Notes: generated by a model not told the origin, from the sequence alone. Positions 27,901 to 38,194 are shown, numbered from the stretch's first letter. The stretch is DNA of 64,000 nucleotides from Elusimicrobiota bacterium (GCA_043827405.1 JBDRPD010000083.1:192001-256000); one strand, 5' to 3'. A program made the numbers and translations.

Positions 27901-28126
27901 GCCGGTAAAGGTCGGCGCCGTCTTCAGCGGCAGCAGCATCCTGCCGAAGTGGTTCGTCTGGTCCCGCCGCAAGTACACGGTCGAGTCCGTGGATATGATG
28001 TGGAAAGGCCTGCTCGGTGATGTCCCGGTTCGCTATTTTTCCGTTTCGGACGGCGCCAATACCTATCAGCTGCGGCTCAACCAGAAGACGCTCGAATGGC
28101 GTCTCGAGCGGGTCCACTCCCGTTAG
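27878..28126 (+). CDS. Small beta-rich protein, DUF6504/ImuB-C-like
   Basis: GGAG RBS; P.WF.W..RKY.V..V...W...YF.V......YQL.......WRLER pattern. Confidence 0.7.
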   Translation: MGVEKVDEPVKVGAVFSGSSILPKWFVWSRRKYTVESVDMMWKGLLGDVPVRYFSVSDGANTYQLRLNQKTLEWRLERVHSR

Positions 28127-28137
28127 GCGGCGGATCG

Positions 28138-29355
28138 ATGCGGCCGCGCGTGATCCTGCATGCCGACATGAACGCCTACTTCGCCTCGGTGGAGCAGAAG
28201 GCGAACCCCCGGCTGCGCGGCCGGCCGATCGTCATTGTCGGCGACCTCCGGCGCCGCAGCGTGGTGCTCACCTCGAGCTATGAGGCCCGCGCCTATGGGG
28301 TGAAGACCGGGATGCTGTTCTGGGAGGCCAAGCGGCTCTGCCCGCAAGTGATCCCCGTCGTCGGCGATCCGGGCAAGTACCGCGCGCAGACCCGGGAGAT
28401 CATCGCCCTTCTCGAGCGCTACACCGACCGGCTTGAAGTGGCCTCGATCGACGAAGGCTACCTGGACGTGACGGGAAGCCTGCGGCTGTTTAAGACCGAC
28501 GGCCGGGGAATAGCGCAGCTGATTCAAACGGAGATCCGGGATAAGCTGGAGCTGCCCTGCTCGATCGGCGTGGCGCCCAACAAGCTGCTGGCGAAGCTGG
28601 GCTCGAATATGAAAAAGCCCATGGGCATCGCGGTCATCCGGGCCGAGGATGTGGCGGGCCTGATGGAGAACCTTCCGGTCGAGGAGCTGTGCGGGATCGG
28701 CCCGCGGTTTAAAGAGCGCCTAAACCGGATCGGCATCCGGACCTGCGGGCAGCTCGGCGCGGCTGCACGCTCTCTCCTGGAAGGCGAGTTCGGCTTCTGG
28801 GGCTACTGGATGGGGCGCTGGGGCCGGGGCGAAGACGACCGCCCGGTGGTGCGGGCCGACGAGGATGAAGCGGTCAAGAGCGTGGGGCACAGCACCACCC
28901 TGCCGCGCGATACCGTCGACCCCAAGATCATATACGCTTTTCTGCTGCTGCTGGCGGAGAAGGTCGGGGTTCGCCTGCGCCGCGCCGGGCTTAAGGGACG
29001 GACGGTGACGCTCACCATCCGTGACGCTGATTTCCATACCCGCTCGATGAGCCGCACGGTCGGCGAGCATCTGGCGGACGGGCCGGCGATCGCGCAGACG
29101 GCGCGCCGGACCCTGCGCGATCTTTGGGCCGGGGAGCCGCTGCGCCTGCTGGGAATCGGCGTCTCGAAGCTCATCGCCCATGCGGATCAGGCCTACCTCC
29201 TGGGGGGGCTGGAGAAAGAGCGGCGTCTGGTGCGCGCTATGGACGCGATCAACGAGAAGTACGGGCGCCGGACTTTGCGCCGCGCCGCCGTACTGGATGC
29301 CGAAGACTTCGGCGTGCTCGAGCCTCCCATCCCGCCGCAGATGCGGGCCAGTTAA
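28138..29355 (+). CDS. dinB: Y-family DNA polymerase (Pol IV/DinB-like)
   Basis: HADMNAYFASVE, SYEAR, SIDEGY, KLLAK...KP; clamp-like QAYLL; MDAINEKYG tail. Confidence 0.9.
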   Translation: MRPRVILHADMNAYFASVEQKANPRLRGRPIVIVGDLRRRSVVLTSSYEARAYGVKTGMLFWEAKRLCPQVIPVVGDPGKYRAQTREIIALLERYTDRLEVASIDEGYLDVTGSLRLFKTDGRGIAQLIQTEIRDKLELPCSIGVAPNKLLAKLGSNMKKPMGIAVIRAEDVAGLMENLPVEELCGIGPRFKERLNRIGIRTCGQLGAAARSLLEGEFGFWGYWMGRWGRGEDDRPVVRADEDEAVKSVGHSTTLPRDTVDPKIIYAFLLLLAEKVGVRLRRAGLKGRTVTLTIRDADFHTRSMSRTVGEHLADGPAIAQTARRTLRDLWAGEPLRLLGIGVSKLIAHADQAYLLGGLEKERRLVRAMDAINEKYGRRTLRRAAVLDAEDFGVLEPPIPPQMRAS

Positions 29356-29406
29356 TACTTTTGATATGGCGCGGCCCGTGCCAACCGGGTATCCTATCAG
29401 GGGAAA

Positions 29407-30639
29407 ATGGCTGGTTATCTCGCGTTTATTTCGCGCCACAGCGGCGCCATCCTCGCGGCATTGGGAGGGCTGGCGGTTCTGGGCGGCATATTGTTTTTTT
29501 ACGGCCGCCGCCGGTGGGCCCGCTACGTGGAAGAGCGGGAGACGCTCTATCAGCCTTTGCTGCTGATGGCGATCGCCAACGAAGAGGGGGGCAAGCTCGG
29601 TCCGCCTTTCGACGATGCGCGCCGGCTCGGCGACTGGACGATCGTGGAGAATGCGCTGTTCAATTGGTCGGAGAGTTTGACCGGCTTCTCGCATAAGGGC
29701 TTTCGCCGCATCTTCGATCTCAACGGCTTCGGCGAATACGAACGGGGACGTCTGGAGAGCCTGTTTCCCTCCGTTCGCGCCCAGGCCGCCCATCGGCTCG
29801 GCAAGATGATCTACTTCAAGGCCATCCCGGACCTGCTGCCCATGCTGCGCGACCGCTCGGCGGAGGTGCGGCGCCGGGTTTCCTGGTCCCTGGCCAAGAT
29901 GGGCCAGTCGGACGCGACCGGGCTGTTCGTAACCTCGTCGCGGCCCGATATCGTTGTTGAGGATGCGGGCAAGTCCACCGGCGCCATCACCGGGCGCTTT
30001 TTGTGGGAGGACGGGGAGCCGATCGTTATCGGCAATAAAGAAGAGACGGACTACCTCATCCACCGCGAGGGCGGGATGCACGGCGACGTGCGGAACATGC
30101 CGATTACGGGCTATGGGGGACGGGAGCTCAAGGGCGGCGCCTGGCAGACGTACACGAAGGAGTACCGGCTGCAGAATATCCCGCCGACCCGGCCCGCCGT
30201 CGTGAAGTCCGTCCTCAAGCAGGGGGTCGGCAAGTACTACGTCGTGCTGCACCGGCAGCGCGAGAGCATCACGGTCCGGGCGGGCAGCCTGACCCAGAAC
30301 GTCGACTTCGTCTTCCCCCGCATCAAGGACCCGGACGACCGGGCTTCGGTCGTTGGTAAGCTTATTTATTCCGGAGTGCTCAAGCCCGGCTACAGCGACG
30401 GTTCTACCGGCGGCCGGGTGAAGGCCGTGGTCTACCTGCGCGGAGAGCGCTCGGGGTTCTACTCCGGCTACCTTTCTTTCTGGGAGCTGGACAGCTATCG
30501 CCTGCACGAGGTCCCGGGAGGGCGCTACCACATAAAAGCGACCGTCGCCGCCTACGAATACACCGGGATCGTAGTCATCCCCGACGCCCAGCCGCATACG
30601 CTGGATCTGACGCTCACTCTTGCTGCACGCCCTGGATAG
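29407..30639 (+). CDS. Membrane-anchored HEAT-repeat protein
   Basis: N-terminal TM; VRAQAAHRLG and EVRRRVSWSLA repeats; beta-rich C-terminus. Confidence 0.7.
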   Translation: MAGYLAFISRHSGAILAALGGLAVLGGILFFYGRRRWARYVEERETLYQPLLLMAIANEEGGKLGPPFDDARRLGDWTIVENALFNWSESLTGFSHKGFRRIFDLNGFGEYERGRLESLFPSVRAQAAHRLGKMIYFKAIPDLLPMLRDRSAEVRRRVSWSLAKMGQSDATGLFVTSSRPDIVVEDAGKSTGAITGRFLWEDGEPIVIGNKEETDYLIHREGGMHGDVRNMPITGYGGRELKGGAWQTYTKEYRLQNIPPTRPAVVKSVLKQGVGKYYVVLHRQRESITVRAGSLTQNVDFVFPRIKDPDDRASVVGKLIYSGVLKPGYSDGSTGGRVKAVVYLRGERSGFYSGYLSFWELDSYRLHEVPGGRYHIKATVAAYEYTGIVVIPDAQPHTLDLTLTLAARPG

Positions 30640-32245
30640 CTTCCAGGTCCCGGCGGATCTCCGGATTCCTCCGGTCGAGGAGGGCGGCGTTGCGCAGGGC
30701 GTGCAGCGTTTCCCGCTTGCCCTGCATCCGGAGATACTTGCTGAGCTCCCACCACAGGACGCCGTTGAGCCGGTCGAGTTGGATCGCGGCTTCCTGGTGC
30801 TCGACCGCCTGGTCGAGCCGCCACGTGTCCCCGGCGGCCTCGAAACGCGCGTAGAGAACACGCGCTTGACCGCGCCGCGCTTCAGCCGACAGGGAATCAA
30901 TCCCCGCCGCGCCGGCATAGGCGCTTAGCGCGGCGTCCAGGTCGCCGGCGCGCAGCCTTTCTCCGGCATAGACGCAGTTGCGGCTGGCGAAGAACGGCGA
31001 CGCGATATAGGGGACGGCGCAGACCGCCGCCAAGACCGCGGCGATGATGATTGTGCGGCGCGGCTTGAAGAGCGCGGAGGCCGCGGGCGCCGCCGCCGCC
31101 GCCAGGAAGACCCAAAACGCCGCCAGGTTGACCCAATACTCGACGCTCAGGCTGATAAGGCCGAAGAGCGCGAACAGCGCCAGCCCCGTTAGGTAGGGAA
31201 GGCGCTGCTCGAGAACCTCTCGGCAGCGGATGCGGCGCAGCCATAAGAGCAGAAACGCCGACAGCCCAAGCACCCCGGCCAGCCCGCTTTCGGCGAGCAG
31301 CGTCAGCGGGAAGCTGTGGGCGAACAAGGTATGCTGGCCGCCGGCCTGGTAGGCGAGATAGGCGCTGGGAAAGTTGCCGAGCCCCACGCCCAGCCATGGA
31401 TGGTCGAAAAACATCCGCATTCCGCTCCACCACCAGCCGAGACGGCGCAGATTTTCTCCCGGCTCGAGCGGGTAGCCGCCGAGATTCAGCGTGCCGAGAA
31501 ACTTATAGCCGACGGCGGCGGCCAAGAGCAGCGGAATCGTCAGCAGGAGCGCGGTATGCCGTTTATTGCGGCGGTCGCGATAGCGGACCGCGGCGGCGGC
31601 GGCGGCGATGCCGACGCATACCAGCGCCCAGGTGCTGTAGACGAAGATCAGCGCGATCCCGGCCGCGGCGAGGCCGAGCCGCCAGACGTAGCGCAGCGGC
31701 TGCGCGCTGTTCCAGGTCGCATGCACGCGTGCGGCCAGCGGGGGGAGCCAGAGGATGAGAAAAGCCGCCGCGATATTGGAGTTTACCAAGGTCCCCGCCG
31801 GCTGCTCGCGAAAAAACGAGCCGACGCACTGCTGATACAGGATCATGGCCGCCTGCACGCACAATACGGGGACCATGCCGGCGAGAAAGATCTCCAGCGC
31901 GCGTCGGGTCCGCAGGACGTGCAGGGAAATCCAAAATAGCGCCATACAGGAAAGCCAGTCCAGCCAGCGCAGATAGGCTTCGCCCGGCCGCACCGCGTGC
32001 AGGAACGTCAGGGTCCATATGAGGGCCAGCACTCCCAGGTGGGGCGCGAAGTCGACGCGCAGGCCGCGTGAACGGGACGACCACGCGGAAACGAGCAGGA
32101 GGCCCGCCGCGAGGGCCAGCACGGCGATATAAACGATGGTCGCCGCCCATACATCATGCGCGCCGCGCGCCAGCGCGGCGCAGCTTAGCAGGAGCGCCAG
32201 CAGCAGCGCGAACATCTCATCGGCGGAGGTCTTTTCGCGGGGCAT
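30614..32245 (-). CDS. O-antigen ligase family membrane protein with TPR
   Basis: R...W...HPWLGVGLGNF, FAHS, ESGLAG; TPR tail. Confidence 0.85.
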   Translation of the reverse strand: MPREKTSADEMFALLLALLLSCAALARGAHDVWAATIVYIAVLALAAGLLLVSAWSSRSRGLRVDFAPHLGVLALIWTLTFLHAVRPGEAYLRWLDWLSCMALFWISLHVLRTRRALEIFLAGMVPVLCVQAAMILYQQCVGSFFREQPAGTLVNSNIAAAFLILWLPPLAARVHATWNSAQPLRYVWRLGLAAAGIALIFVYSTWALVCVGIAAAAAAVRYRDRRNKRHTALLLTIPLLLAAAVGYKFLGTLNLGGYPLEPGENLRRLGWWWSGMRMFFDHPWLGVGLGNFPSAYLAYQAGGQHTLFAHSFPLTLLAESGLAGVLGLSAFLLLWLRRIRCREVLEQRLPYLTGLALFALFGLISLSVEYWVNLAAFWVFLAAAAAPAASALFKPRRTIIIAAVLAAVCAVPYIASPFFASRNCVYAGERLRAGDLDAALSAYAGAAGIDSLSAEARRGQARVLYARFEAAGDTWRLDQAVEHQEAAIQLDRLNGVLWWELSKYLRMQGKRETLHALRNAALLDRRNPEIRRDLEAIQGVQQE

Positions 32246-32266
32246 GTTCGCCCCAGAGGATACTAC

Positions 32267-32911
32267 TTACAGCTCGGCCGGATCGACAGAAAGCAGGCCC
32301 TGTTCGCGGCGCTGCCGGCGGTAGTCCCATGGGGGAACGGGATTGGGATCGGCCCACAGGCCCAGTCCCGCCGCACGCGCCGCACGCTCCAGTTCGCCGA
32401 GGCTCTCGTCGTCCGAGAAGTAGCGGTACCACCAGGCGAGCCCGGCTTTGAGCAGTTCGCGGTTCAGCGTGCGGCCGTCAGCGAAGCGGACGACGGAGAC
32501 CCGGCGGCCGTAGGCGTCGATCGTGCGGACCTCGACGGTTACCGTCTTGCCGACCGCGAGCCGGCGCGTAAAAGCCCGTGCGGCGTCGCCGTAGGGTTGA
32601 GCCTTCTCCGGCGTGTCGACCTCGGCCAGGCGAATCTCCATAAAATCGCCGCCGTTGTCGATTACCAGGGAATCCCCGTCCTTGGCCTGTATGACCTTGC
32701 CGGTGAATTTCTGTCCTTCGCCGGCCGGGGTGATGCGTGCCGCCGCCGGCAGTACCGCGCCGGAACCGGCGATTGCGGGGACTTCGATTACGGAAACGTG
32801 GGGGAGAGCCAGGGGGCTGGCGTAAAGGGATGCGAAATCCGCGCCATGACAGATCGCGGCGCCAAGAAAGGCGGTGCAGAAGGAGAGAAAGTACGTTCGG
32901 CGCTTCAGCAC
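32267..32911 (-). CDS. Secreted thermonuclease (SNase family)
   Basis: DGDS, IRLAEVDTPE, DAYGR, GLAW, GLWA...PWDYR; GTG start inferred. Confidence 0.88.
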   Translation of the reverse strand: MLKRRTYFLSFCTAFLGAAICHGADFASLYASPLALPHVSVIEVPAIAGSGAVLPAAARITPAGEGQKFTGKVIQAKDGDSLVIDNGGDFMEIRLAEVDTPEKAQPYGDAARAFTRRLAVGKTVTVEVRTIDAYGRRVSVVRFADGRTLNRELLKAGLAWWYRYFSDDESLGELERAARAAGLGLWADPNPVPPWDYRRQRREQGLLSVDPAEL

Positions 32912-32999
32912 GAACCACCCACCCCTGGGTTGCGGCGTTCCGGGCCGACGGACTTCGTGGGCCCTTAGGCCTACATCATAGCTGGCGGCGGCTGTAAAG

Positions 33000-33302
33000 T
33001 CAAGCCGAATCGGCGGGGGGAGGATCCTGCGGGGGGGCGGTCGGCGCCGCCGCCGAGGCTTGCTCAAGCTTCTTCAGCCTGCTCCTCAGCTCGACGATTT
33101 CGAGCTTCCCTCCTATCATGGTGGGAAGGCTTGCGAGCAGCGCGGTTACCGCGCCGATAGCGAACGAGGACAGCAGGATCAGCGCATGGGATGCTTCGTA
33201 CTTGTAGGTCAGAAAAGTTACCGTTACCGGACTGGCGTTCTGCAGGGCGAACACGCAGGCAAGGACCGCGATGACCAGGGCGACGGCAAGCAAAGCCAGC
33301 AT
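33000..33302 (-). CDS. LapA-family membrane protein
   Basis: FALQNASPVTVTFL, two TMs, coiled tail. Confidence 0.82.
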   Translation of the reverse strand: MLALLAVALVIAVLACVFALQNASPVTVTFLTYKYEASHALILLSSFAIGAVTALLASLPTMIGGKLEIVELRSRLKKLEQASAAAPTAPPQDPPPADSA

Positions 33303-33390
33303 GCCTGTATTCTATAAATAAAATAGGGCTTGCGGCCGGACATCTTGACGCCGGGCGGTTTCGCGTCTATAGTTGTGGGGATTAGAGTAT

Positions 33391-33723
33391 ATGGCCAAAC
33401 GCAAGACTCCCAAGAAAGCCCAAGCCCCCAAGACGGCGGCGCCGCCCGCGCCGCTGGACGCGCCGCCGGAAGACGAAGCCGATGTGGTGGACCTGCGGAA
33501 GATATTCGATGACGCCGCCAAGCTGGAAGAGGGCGGGTGGGGGCTGAAGACCGCGGATGTCGAATGCCCGCACTGCGGTGAAGAGTTCGAGCTCTCCTTC
33601 GAGCCGCAGGACGAAGGCCAAGAGCTGATTCAGGACTGTCAGGTCTGCTGCCGGCCGATCACCTTCGCGGTCGACGTCGACGTCGACGACGGCGAGGTCT
33701 CGATCTCCGCCTACCGCGATTAA
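33391..33723 (+). CDS. CPXCG-motif cysteine-rich protein
   Basis: CPHCGE...QDCQVCCRP. Confidence 0.85.
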   Translation: MAKRKTPKKAQAPKTAAPPAPLDAPPEDEADVVDLRKIFDDAAKLEEGGWGLKTADVECPHCGEEFELSFEPQDEGQELIQDCQVCCRPITFAVDVDVDDGEVSISAYRD

Positions 33724-33734
33724 GCGCGGCCGCC

Positions 33735-34244
33735 TTATTTCACTCTTTGAATCTGCGACAGGGTGAAGTGCGTGTTGAGCCGGGCTTTACGGCCGGCCCG
33801 GCGGACGGCGCGCAGCACGCTCTTGAAGTTCAGCAGGTGCCGGGGCCTGTTCTTGAGCTTGACGACCGCGAAGCGCAGGACGCCGTCCTCGAAGTCGAAG
33901 GAGGCGGAAGGGATATCCTTAAACCTTTTGAGTTCCAGGACCACCGCCTCCGTGCACGAATTGTCGAGTATGCCGATAATTTTCGCTTCGTAGTTCCCCG
34001 GCACGAGATATTGGAGTTCCTCCAGAGGCGAGCGCTGCTTCCGGTACTCAGGAGTGTCGTCCTCGGCCTGGCCCCGGATGTAGGTTCGCGCCCCGGGGAG
34101 GACCTGGCGCGCTTCCCGGTCGCGTTCGCTGTTGCTGATTGTGTCGTCGACGAAATAGAACGGATCCGCATCTTCCGCGGCCGCGGGAGCACCGCTGCAG
34201 TACAGGGCAAAAGATATGAGAACACCGAGTTTCGCTGTGGTCAT
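33735..34244 (-). CDS. Secreted hypothetical protein
   Basis: Signal-like N-terminus (MTTAKLG...AAA); coding-like codon usage. Confidence 0.6.
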   Translation of the reverse strand: MTTAKLGVLISFALYCSGAPAAAEDADPFYFVDDTISNSERDREARQVLPGARTYIRGQAEDDTPEYRKQRSPLEELQYLVPGNYEAKIIGILDNSCTEAVVLELKRFKDIPSASFDFEDGVLRFAVVKLKNRPRHLLNFKSVLRAVRRAGRKARLNTHFTLSQIQRVK

Positions 34245-34330
34245 CGACGAAAAGCTAGCAAAATAGCCGTCCCATGAAAAGAGTATAAGGTATATGTTAA
34301 ATATTTGCTGGCCCATGCCCAATATCACCA

Positions 34331-34359
34331 TTGACAGGCTCATTATGTTGCAGTACACT
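34331..34359 (+). promoter_or_regulatory. Sigma70 promoter of the kinase-phosphatase-FHA operon
   Basis: TTGACA-17 bp-TACACT in an AT-rich intergenic region. Confidence 0.7.
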
Positions 34360-34402
34360 TGGCTCTGAACGTTTCTTTTTATTGTTTGTTTAGCGGACGA
34401 AA

Positions 34403-37400
34403 ATGAAATCACGACTGGTTGATGCATTCTTGGGGCTGATCCTGACTTTGGCCGTGGCGGCGTCCTATGTGACCCTGCGCGGCATCGAGAGTCTGGAGCT
34501 CAAGGTCTACGACCTGCGTGCCCAGATGAACGGCGATGTCGCGGTTCCGGATGACATCGTCATCATTGAGATCGACAATGATTCCATCGAGCGTCTCGGC
34601 CGCTGGCCGTGGCCGCGGACCCTTATCGCCCGGATGCTGGAGAAGCTCGACAAGGCGGGTCCCCGGGTTATCGGCCTCGATGTTCTATTCACCGAGCCGG
34701 CCAAGAACCCGGCGTTCAAGGAGCTCGACGACCTCGAGAAAAAATATACCGATTTGGTCGCCGCGCGCCGCATTATTCAGCGGGGCGTGCAATTCGAGAC
34801 GGAGTTCTCCTCGGCGGCCCATCGCCTCGACACCGACGCCCACCTGCTGGCCGCGCTGACTACGACGTATAATGTCGTGCTGCCGATGATGTTCAAGACC
34901 GCGGGCGCGACCGGCGGCCGGCCGGCCCCGGTGCCGGAAACGATGGCCAAGTCGGCGCTGTCGGTGCGGATAAAAAGCCTGCCGGAGGGGACGGTACCCC
35001 CGCTGGAGGCTTCCGGCGTCCTGTATCCCCTGGAGCCCTTCATGCGGGCCAGTACGGGCACCGGGCATATCAGCATTATCCCGGACCCGGACGGGATTGT
35101 GCGGCGCGAGATGCCGGTTATTAAATACGGTACGGACTACTACCCGTCCTTTTCGCTGCAGCTGGTCGCCAAATCGATGCGGCTGGCATCTGATGAGATC
35201 GAGGTGACGCCTGGCGAGTCCATTACCGTGGGCAATATGCAAATCCCGCTGGATGAGACGCAGTCGATGCTCATTACCTACAACGGCGATGTGCGGACTT
35301 TCCGCTACTTCAAGTTCTACGAAGTCATGAAAGACGACTTCTCCATGGAGGTGTTCAAGGACAAGATCGTCATTATTGGGCCTTCCGCCTCCGGCATCGC
35401 GACGCTGTCGGTCACGCCGCTCTCGCGCGGGCTGCCTCCGGTCGAATATATCGCCAACGTCACCGAAAACTTTATCAACAGCAAGTACGTCAACCGTCCC
35501 GATTGGGCGCTGCAGGCGGAGCTCGGCGCGATCGCCTTCATCGGCCTCTTCGTCATGATCGTCCTGCCGCGGCTGGGCGTCGTCAGCGGGCTGTTTTTGA
35601 CCTTGCTGTTTATGTCCGGTATTCTGGGCTCGGGCTTCTACCTGTTCAAGAAGGACGCGATATGGCTGAAGGTCACCTACCCCGCCTTCCTGCTGGCCGT
35701 GGGCTACGTCGTCATCATGGTGAAGAATTTCTTCACCACCGAACAGGATAAGGAGCGCGTCGAGGGCACTCAGGCCGACACCAACAAGCAGCTGGGCCTC
35801 CAATTCCAGAGCCAGGGCATGCTCGACATGGCCTTCGAGAAGCTGCGCACCTGTCCGGTCGACGATAACATGAAGGAGACCCTTTACGGCCTCGCTCTTG
35901 ATTTCGAGCGCAAGCGCCAGTACTCCAAGGCCGTCTCGGTTTACCAGTACATCGAGAAGGAACAGGGGGATTACAAGGATATTCAGACGAAGATGAAGGC
36001 GCTGCAGGCCGCCGCCGAGGGCGCGGTGTTCGGCGGTATCGGCGGCGGACCATCCAAGGAAGGGACGATCTTCGCCGGCGGCGGGGCATCCAAGCCGACG
36101 CTGGGCCGTTACGAGATCGAGAAAGAGCTCGGCCGCGGCGCCATGGGCATCGTCTATCTCGGCAAGGACCCCAAGATCAACCGCATGGTGGCCATCAAGA
36201 CCTTGATGATGGAGGGGGAGGACGATCCCAAGGAGACCAAGGAGGTCAAGGAGCGCTTCTTCCGCGAGGCCGAGTCGGCCGGGACCCTCAACCATCCCAA
36301 TATCGTTCGCATTTTCGATGCCGGCGAGGACAATGATCTGTGCTGGATCGCGATGGAGCTTCTGGACGGCCACGATTTCGTCGGCTACACCAAAAAGGAC
36401 AAGCTGCTGCCGCCGGAGAAGGCCATGGCGTACGTGGCCAATGTGGCCGAAGCGCTCGACTATGCCCATTCCCAGGGCATCGTCCACCGCGATATCAAGC
36501 CGGCCAATATCATGCTGCTCAAAGACGGCAGCGCGCGCGTTACGGATTTCGGCATCGCCCGCATTACCGCGTCCTCGAAGACGGCGACCGGAACCGTTAT
36601 GGGGACGCCGTCTTACATGAGCCCGGATCAGGTCGCCGGCAAGAAGGTCGACGGCCGCTCCGATCTGTTCAGCCTGGGCGTCACGCTCTATGAGCTGCTG
36701 TGCGGCGAGAAGCCGTTTAAGGGCGGCGAGGGCATCGGCACCTTGCTGTTCCAGATCGCCAACGATCCCGAGCCGGACATCCTGACGATTAATCCCAATT
36801 TGCCGTCCGCCGTTAAGTCCGTTATCACCCGCGCGCTGATGAAGAACGCGGACGAGCGGTATCAGAACGGCGCGCAGATGGCCAAGGATATCAAGGCCTG
36901 CATCGAGGAAATAAAGGGCGGCGCCAAGGCGGAGGTGACGGGCGCTTCCGAGGCCGCGATCGCCGCGGGGCTGACTATTGAGGCGGCGGCGGCCCCCGCG
37001 GAAGAGGAGAAGGCCCCGCCCGTCGAAGGCGGGGCGGATCTGGCCGTCGATTTCGCGTCCGGGATGCCGCCGGTAGCGACGGGCGGAGCCGAAAGCGAAA
37101 CGTCGCCCCCGAGCGAGGCTGAGCCGGCGGAAGAAGTCATCGTCGAAGCGGCAGCGCCCGCCAGCATCGATCTCTCTATCGATTTTGCGTCCGGCCCGCC
37201 GCCGGCCGCTGAACCAGCGCTCGAGCCTGCGCCCGAGCCGACGCCGGAGCCCGTGCTCGAGCCTGCGCCCGAGCCGCAGGACGACTTGCGTGCGCAGATG
37301 GAAGCGACGCTTGGCGCGCCGGCGGTTGAGCCGGAGCCCGCGCCGGCCGAGGAAAAGCCCGTCGAGATCGATCTCGAAAGCACGGGAAGCTTCTCGAAAG

Positions 37401-38194
37401 AGCTGTCAGCGATCGCGGGGGCCAGCCCGGACTTGGAGGAGACGGCGGAGAACACTCTGCCCCCGGGGAAAATCGCACCGGTTTCTGATGAGGCCGATTC
37501 CGCCGCCGAGGATATCGCGGGGTCTCTGATCATGCCTTCCGCGCCCGCGCCCGAAGCGGCGCCGGCCGCTATGGATGAAACCATCGTTCTGTCGCCCAGG
37601 GATAACTTGGGCGGCGCGGATATCCCGGTGGCGGATATCGAAGGGTCGAGCTCGGCCTCTTCGTTGTTGGGGGAGAAGATAGAGCTGGCCGCGGAGGATA
37701 CCGCGGTAGACCATCATAGCCAGCCCTTGGAAATTTCCATAGACGCCGCCCCGGAGCCTGCTCCGGAGCCTGCGGGCGCCGATGAAACCGTCGTGCTGTC
37801 GGCGGCGGATGTGCTGAAGGTCGCGCCGGTCGCGAAGCCGGCGCCGTCTCCCATGCTGGAGCTGCCGCCGGAAGAGTTCAACGCCGATGAGACTTTGGTT
37901 ATTTCGCCGCTCCGGGGCGGCTTCACTCCCGAGCAGATCGCGCAGTCACTGCCGACGGTGGAAGAGCCGGCGCCTGAACCCGAACCCGCGCCGGAACCCG
38001 TCGCGCCTCCTCCCGCCGTCGGGGATGATGAGAAGACCATCAAGATTGACGATATCAGCGCGTTTTTCCCGCAAGGCGTCTCCGGCGCAGCGCCGCCGGC
38101 CGACAGCACCGCCAGCCTCGATGATGAGATCAGGAAGGCCGAGGCGCAGCTGTCCGACGGCATTCAACTGTCTGACCCGGATAAACCATCATGA
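34403..38194 (+). CDS. CHASE2-domain Ser/Thr protein kinase with long acidic disordered tail
   Basis: LGRWPWPR and DPDGIVRR CHASE2, 3 TM, GRGAMG/VAIK/HRDIKPAN/DFG kinase. Confidence 0.92.
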   Translation: MKSRLVDAFLGLILTLAVAASYVTLRGIESLELKVYDLRAQMNGDVAVPDDIVIIEIDNDSIERLGRWPWPRTLIARMLEKLDKAGPRVIGLDVLFTEPAKNPAFKELDDLEKKYTDLVAARRIIQRGVQFETEFSSAAHRLDTDAHLLAALTTTYNVVLPMMFKTAGATGGRPAPVPETMAKSALSVRIKSLPEGTVPPLEASGVLYPLEPFMRASTGTGHISIIPDPDGIVRREMPVIKYGTDYYPSFSLQLVAKSMRLASDEIEVTPGESITVGNMQIPLDETQSMLITYNGDVRTFRYFKFYEVMKDDFSMEVFKDKIVIIGPSASGIATLSVTPLSRGLPPVEYIANVTENFINSKYVNRPDWALQAELGAIAFIGLFVMIVLPRLGVVSGLFLTLLFMSGILGSGFYLFKKDAIWLKVTYPAFLLAVGYVVIMVKNFFTTEQDKERVEGTQADTNKQLGLQFQSQGMLDMAFEKLRTCPVDDNMKETLYGLALDFERKRQYSKAVSVYQYIEKEQGDYKDIQTKMKALQAAAEGAVFGGIGGGPSKEGTIFAGGGASKPTLGRYEIEKELGRGAMGIVYLGKDPKINRMVAIKTLMMEGEDDPKETKEVKERFFREAESAGTLNHPNIVRIFDAGEDNDLCWIAMELLDGHDFVGYTKKDKLLPPEKAMAYVANVAEALDYAHSQGIVHRDIKPANIMLLKDGSARVTDFGIARITASSKTATGTVMGTPSYMSPDQVAGKKVDGRSDLFSLGVTLYELLCGEKPFKGGEGIGTLLFQIANDPEPDILTINPNLPSAVKSVITRALMKNADERYQNGAQMAKDIKACIEEIKGGAKAEVTGASEAAIAAGLTIEAAAAPAEEEKAPPVEGGADLAVDFASGMPPVATGGAESETSPPSEAEPAEEVIVEAAAPASIDLSIDFASGPPPAAEPALEPAPEPTPEPVLEPAPEPQDDLRAQMEATLGAPAVEPEPAPAEEKPVEIDLESTGSFSKELSAIAGASPDLEETAENTLPPGKIAPVSDEADSAAEDIAGSLIMPSAPAPEAAPAAMDETIVLSPRDNLGGADIPVADIEGSSSASSLLGEKIELAAEDTAVDHHSQPLEISIDAAPEPAPEPAGADETVVLSAADVLKVAPVAKPAPSPMLELPPEEFNADETLVISPLRGGFTPEQIAQSLPTVEEPAPEPEPAPEPVAPPPAVGDDEKTIKIDDISAFFPQGVSGAAPPADSTASLDDEIRKAEAQLSDGIQLSDPDKPS

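Noticed and set aside
28720..30918. 732-aa minus-strand ORF (also 1708-3441, 34685-36487, 44754-47183, 47609-48886)
   Set aside because: Shadow ORFs overlapping well-supported genes, expected in high-GC DNA; no recognisable motifs
37210..37340. EPAPEP-encoding short DNA repeats in the kinase gene
   Set aside because: Ordinary low-complexity linker coding sequence
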